Positions 60,713 to 64,000 of a stretch of DNA of 64,000 nucleotides are shown here, one piece after another; the first letter of the stretch is position 1, and every line of letters begins with the position of its first letter. The notes beneath the pieces were generated by a model, which saw only the letters and a program-made list of their open reading frames with translations, made no database searches and had not been told where the DNA came from. Position numbers and translations under genes: made by a program. Source of the stretch: Sulfolobales archaeon HS-7 (GTDB lineage: Archaea; Thermoproteota; Thermoprotei_A; Sulfolobales; Sulfolobaceae); assembly GCA_019704295.1 (NCBI GenBank), contig AP024596.1, forward strand, positions 320,001-384,000, in the 5' to 3' direction.

Positions 60713-61120
60713 ATGCACTCAAGTGTCAGTCTGCTAACATCATTCCTGATATTATTATTGTCATTCGTAATCGTGTTAATAATAATATCGATGCCAGTGT
60801 ACTTTGCCTCTAAGATGATCTCCAAGAGAAGTTCGTTAACAAGGGCAATAATAGCAAGTATTGGAGGATTGACAATTTATTTCATATTAAGGGTGATAAC
60901 TTCACCTCTACCTTTCGTATTCAGCTTCGTTTTGGCCTTCCTCGGATTACTCTTCATATTCAAGATTACTTTTGAGACTTCTTGGATAGGCGCACTTGGA
61001 ATAGCTTTCTTATCACTTGTATTCGTTATAATTGTTACGACCGCTGTTATTTTCATATTAATTTCCTTGGGTCTCATCGCGCCTCACTTAGCACGATTAA
61101 TTCCATTTTTCCCTCTTTAG
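60713..61120 (+). CDS. Small integral membrane protein
   Basis: 135 aa, about four hydrophobic helices. Confidence 0.7.
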   Translation: MHSSVSLLTSFLILLLSFVIVLIIISMPVYFASKMISKRSSLTRAIIASIGGLTIYFILRVITSPLPFVFSFVLAFLGLLFIFKITFETSWIGALGIAFLSLVFVIIVTTAVIFILISLGLIAPHLARLIPFFPL

Positions 61121-61325
61121 TAATTAATGTTAGGCAGTGCTAATCCTTTATCTCTCTCACGGATTAAACTGGTTACTTAAGGTAAGCTCTGGTATTTAAT
61201 TATATAACCTGTAACCCCTCTTATCATTCTGTATAATTTGTATAAACTGTATATTCTCAGGCTTCTTGATATGGATTCGATAAAAGAAAAAAGATATAAG
61301 TAAAAATCTCTCCATTAGAAAGTGT

Positions 61326-62219
61326 ATGATAATTGTAGGCGTTGATGCGGGAGGAACTAAAACTATAGCAGGAGCTTATACATGCGAAGGTGAGAAAATT
61401 GGCGAGGGTCTAGCGGGACCAGGGAACTATCACAACGTAGGAATTGAAAAAGCAATAGGAAACGTGAGGACGGCGGTCATGGCTTCAACGGGAGGAAAAA
61501 TCCCCGATTTCCTAGGAATAGGGATGGCAGGATTAGACACTAAAAAGGACTTTGACTTAGTCAGACCTTTGGTAAAGACCCTAGCAAAAAACGTAATCAT
61601 CGAACACGACGGATTTGCGGATCTGTTCGGAGAAACGGGAGGGAAAGCGGGGGTACTAACTATAGCAGGTACGGGAAGCGTTGTTGTTGGTCTAGACAAC
61701 CAGGGAAATAAATTTAGGATAAGTGATTGGGGGTGGTTACTAGGTGATGAAGGCTCGGCCTATTATATAGGAAGGGAAGCCTTAAGGGAAACAGCAGCTA
61801 TGCTCGATGGGAGAAAGTCCAGATCTATTCTCGCCGACTACGTACTTGAAAAGACAGGTGCAGGGGATATAGAAGAACTTGTAAGTTGGGCCTACACCGG
61901 GCCACCGAGTATTGACGAGATTGCATCCCTTAGTGCTGCTGTTGACAGAGCTGCAAACGAGGGCGATGAAGACGCAATAGGTATATTAAACCAGGCGGCA
62001 AGCAGTTTAGCTAGCTCTGCGGTAAATCTAGCTAAGAGGTTGCAGGTTAGGGAAATATTTGTGAAAGGAGGTGTATTCTCTTCAACTGTATATATGAGGT
62101 TCTTTTCATCCTACGTTGAAGCTAGGGGAATTTCAATAAGAAGGACATCTAAGGTAATGTATAAAGGAGGACTCATCATGGCTTCTATGAAAGCTGGTTG
62201 TAACATTAGTTTAGAGTGA
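61326..62219 (+). CDS. ATP-dependent broad-specificity hexokinase (Sulfolobus StHK-like)
   Basis: MIIVGVDAGGTKT, GPGNYHNVG, HDG, IAGTGS, GWLLGDEGSAY, KGG; closely resembles recalled S. tokodaii hexokinase. Confidence 0.88.
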   Translation: MIIVGVDAGGTKTIAGAYTCEGEKIGEGLAGPGNYHNVGIEKAIGNVRTAVMASTGGKIPDFLGIGMAGLDTKKDFDLVRPLVKTLAKNVIIEHDGFADLFGETGGKAGVLTIAGTGSVVVGLDNQGNKFRISDWGWLLGDEGSAYYIGREALRETAAMLDGRKSRSILADYVLEKTGAGDIEELVSWAYTGPPSIDEIASLSAAVDRAANEGDEDAIGILNQAASSLASSAVNLAKRLQVREIFVKGGVFSSTVYMRFFSSYVEARGISIRRTSKVMYKGGLIMASMKAGCNISLE

Positions 62220-63629
62220 AAGGGCTATTCCCTCAGACCTCGAGTCCGCAACACTAATGTATACATTATCTTTCCTTTTCATCGCTTGAACCACACCTAC
62301 GGCTCCGGAAAAGTACTCAACCTGAGTTGCTGGTATATTCAACCTTTTTTCCGCTACTACCTTACCGTTATAATAGACGAACCTGGGAGCATTAACAGCC
62401 TCATCAATCTCCATAGAGTAATCAACATAATACTCTAATACCTGAGAGTGAACTTGAGGACGCAAGTGTCCAGCTGCACAACCTATAACTAATTCCTCTT
62501 TTCCATTTTCCGCATACATGATCGAGAGGGTGTGCAGAGGTCGCTTTCTAGGCTCTAACTTGTTTTTCCCTGAAGTGAATCCAGCTCCCCTATTTTGGAA
62601 TATTATATCATTTACCATAATGCCACTACCGAAGGGTTCGAACAAGCTTTGAATAAAACCTATGTTATTCTCACCATCGCCAACGGCAAAGAACGTAGTA
62701 TCCTTTCCCTTCTCGTTATAAATTCCCTCTCTCTCTACATTTTTCCTTAAGTAGTCTTCAGAGAGTAGAAACGCGGGGAATTCAGAAAATCTGAGATCAG
62801 CAACGTAAGAATCCCTATCTGAATATGCGGATATCGCAATTTTGACGTGGTTATTAATTCTGTTTAGGTCGTTATAGGGAAGTTTATTTATGCCTGTCAT
62901 CTCTATCATTTTCAGCATTTCCAGCGTCGTTATTCCCTGCGAATTGGGTGGAAGTTCATATACTTCCCAGTCCTTATACTGTGAAGTTATTGGTTTGACA
63001 ATCTCACCCGTGTATTCGGAAAAGTCACTTAGTTCAAATGATCCGCCAAGCCTGTTTAACTCCTCTACTAAATTCTGGGCGATTTCACCCTCATAAAAGT
63101 CTCGAGGGTCTTTAGCTATTCTTTTTAGCATTAGTCCCAGTGATGGAAGTCTAACCACGTCACCAAATCTCTTCTTCCCGAACTTTCTCTTTAATTCCTC
63201 AGATACGTCCCTTGCGTTAATTATCGCACTGTTTAGTGTTCTTGAAACGGGAAAACCGTTAACTGCAAGCGATATCGCGGGCTTAAGTATCTGTTCTAAC
63301 GATAGGGTACAGTAGTTGTCATAAATGTAACTCCACATATCCACTAACCCTGGAATAGTTATCGAATTAACTCCCTTTTCCGTAACCTCCCTAGCGGCCT
63401 TTGGAGACCATCCAGATCCGTTGTACGCTATGAAATCTCCACCTGACTTAGCTAGCATGAAACCATCTCCCCCAATACCACTGGTCGATGGCAAAACAAC
63501 ACCTAGAACTGCGCTAACTGCTATAGCCGCATCGAAGGCGTTACCCCCCATTTCCAGTATCTTTATTCCAGCAAGTGTAGCTAGAGGACTTTGCGACGTC
63601 ACTGTTTTTTTACCTATTGAAACCGGCAT
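62211..63629 (-). CDS. ggt: Gamma-glutamyltransferase family protein
   Basis: GGNAFDAAIA, SGIGGDGF, PPNSQG, DTT nucleophile, FGSG, NRGAGF, PRKRPLHTL. Confidence 0.9.
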   Translation of the reverse strand: MPVSIGKKTVTSQSPLATLAGIKILEMGGNAFDAAIAVSAVLGVVLPSTSGIGGDGFMLAKSGGDFIAYNGSGWSPKAAREVTEKGVNSITIPGLVDMWSYIYDNYCTLSLEQILKPAISLAVNGFPVSRTLNSAIINARDVSEELKRKFGKKRFGDVVRLPSLGLMLKRIAKDPRDFYEGEIAQNLVEELNRLGGSFELSDFSEYTGEIVKPITSQYKDWEVYELPPNSQGITTLEMLKMIEMTGINKLPYNDLNRINNHVKIAISAYSDRDSYVADLRFSEFPAFLLSEDYLRKNVEREGIYNEKGKDTTFFAVGDGENNIGFIQSLFEPFGSGIMVNDIIFQNRGAGFTSGKNKLEPRKRPLHTLSIMYAENGKEELVIGCAAGHLRPQVHSQVLEYYVDYSMEIDEAVNAPRFVYYNGKVVAEKRLNIPATQVEYFSGAVGVVQAMKRKDNVYISVADSRSEGIALSL

Positions 63630-63691
63630 GGTTAACCTTACATCTGCCCTTTAATTAATATATCTTCGGAATCCACTAAATTTTGTAAAAA

Positions 63692-64000
63692 TTAAGTAAA
63701 TCTCCACGTCGTTCTCTCCTTACCATCAAGGATGGCTATCCCTATATTGTTCAATATTTTCCTTATTTCGTCTGACAATTCGTATTCCTTTCTCTTACGC
63801 AATAAATTACGTATTTCCACGATAGAATCGATCAACTTGATCATGTCTTCATTCCCCCCCTTCAGATCAGCGTCAAGAACACCAAAGACATCGTTGAATT
63901 TAGATAGAATGTTATAGGCTAGAAGAGCTGAGGAAAAGTCCTCAGTCTTTTTAATACTAGAGAATATCACGGACACTACCTCATGTATGTATGAAACGGC
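63692..64000 (-). CDS. cysS: Cysteinyl-tRNA synthetase, C-terminal part (gene continues beyond window)
   Basis: R..LRKRKEYELSDEIRKIL...GI.ILD....TTWR anticodon-binding motif; frame open to the window edge. Confidence 0.88.
   Translation of the reverse strand, partial: AVSYIHEVVSVIFSSIKKTEDFSSALLAYNILSKFNDVFGVLDADLKGGNEDMIKLIDSIVEIRNLLRKRKEYELSDEIRKILNNIGIAILDGKERTTWRFT

Noticed and set aside
2674-63917. Numerous short antisense ORFs nested in long genes
   Set aside because: Ser/Leu/Ile-rich shadow frames without motifs, fully overlapping well-supported CDSs

Overview
Archaeal chromosomal window with Sulfolobales-type gene content: Hje resolvase, StHK-like hexokinase, GH116, DUF973, Sulfolobus-type TnpB remnants and short leaderless-style TATA promoters. 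Most of it is catabolic metabolism: acyl-CoA/thiolase-like cluster, tungsten AOR, Lut/FAD-linked hydroxyacid oxidases, a lactonase-transhydrogenase-oxidase operon and sugar kinases. The main accessory element is a ~9.6 kb restriction-like defence island (2421-11984): DUF1156 adenine methylase, DUF499 ATPase, a small DUF3780/DUF7680-like protein and an SNF2 helicase fused to a PD-(D/E)XK nuclease. It has an unusual divergent/convergent layout and is bracketed by an intact aldo/keto reductase and a decayed same-orientation copy of that gene's 3' end. Also present are two paralogous coiled-coil + PD-(D/E)XK nuclease genes with independent perfect heptad-phased tandem repeats (63/42 bp and 105 bp), decayed TnpB elements, and a vWA/membrane kinase locus with a possible frameshift. 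No rRNA, tRNA or CRISPR array was recognised. Family assignments are from motif recognition and recall, not database searches.
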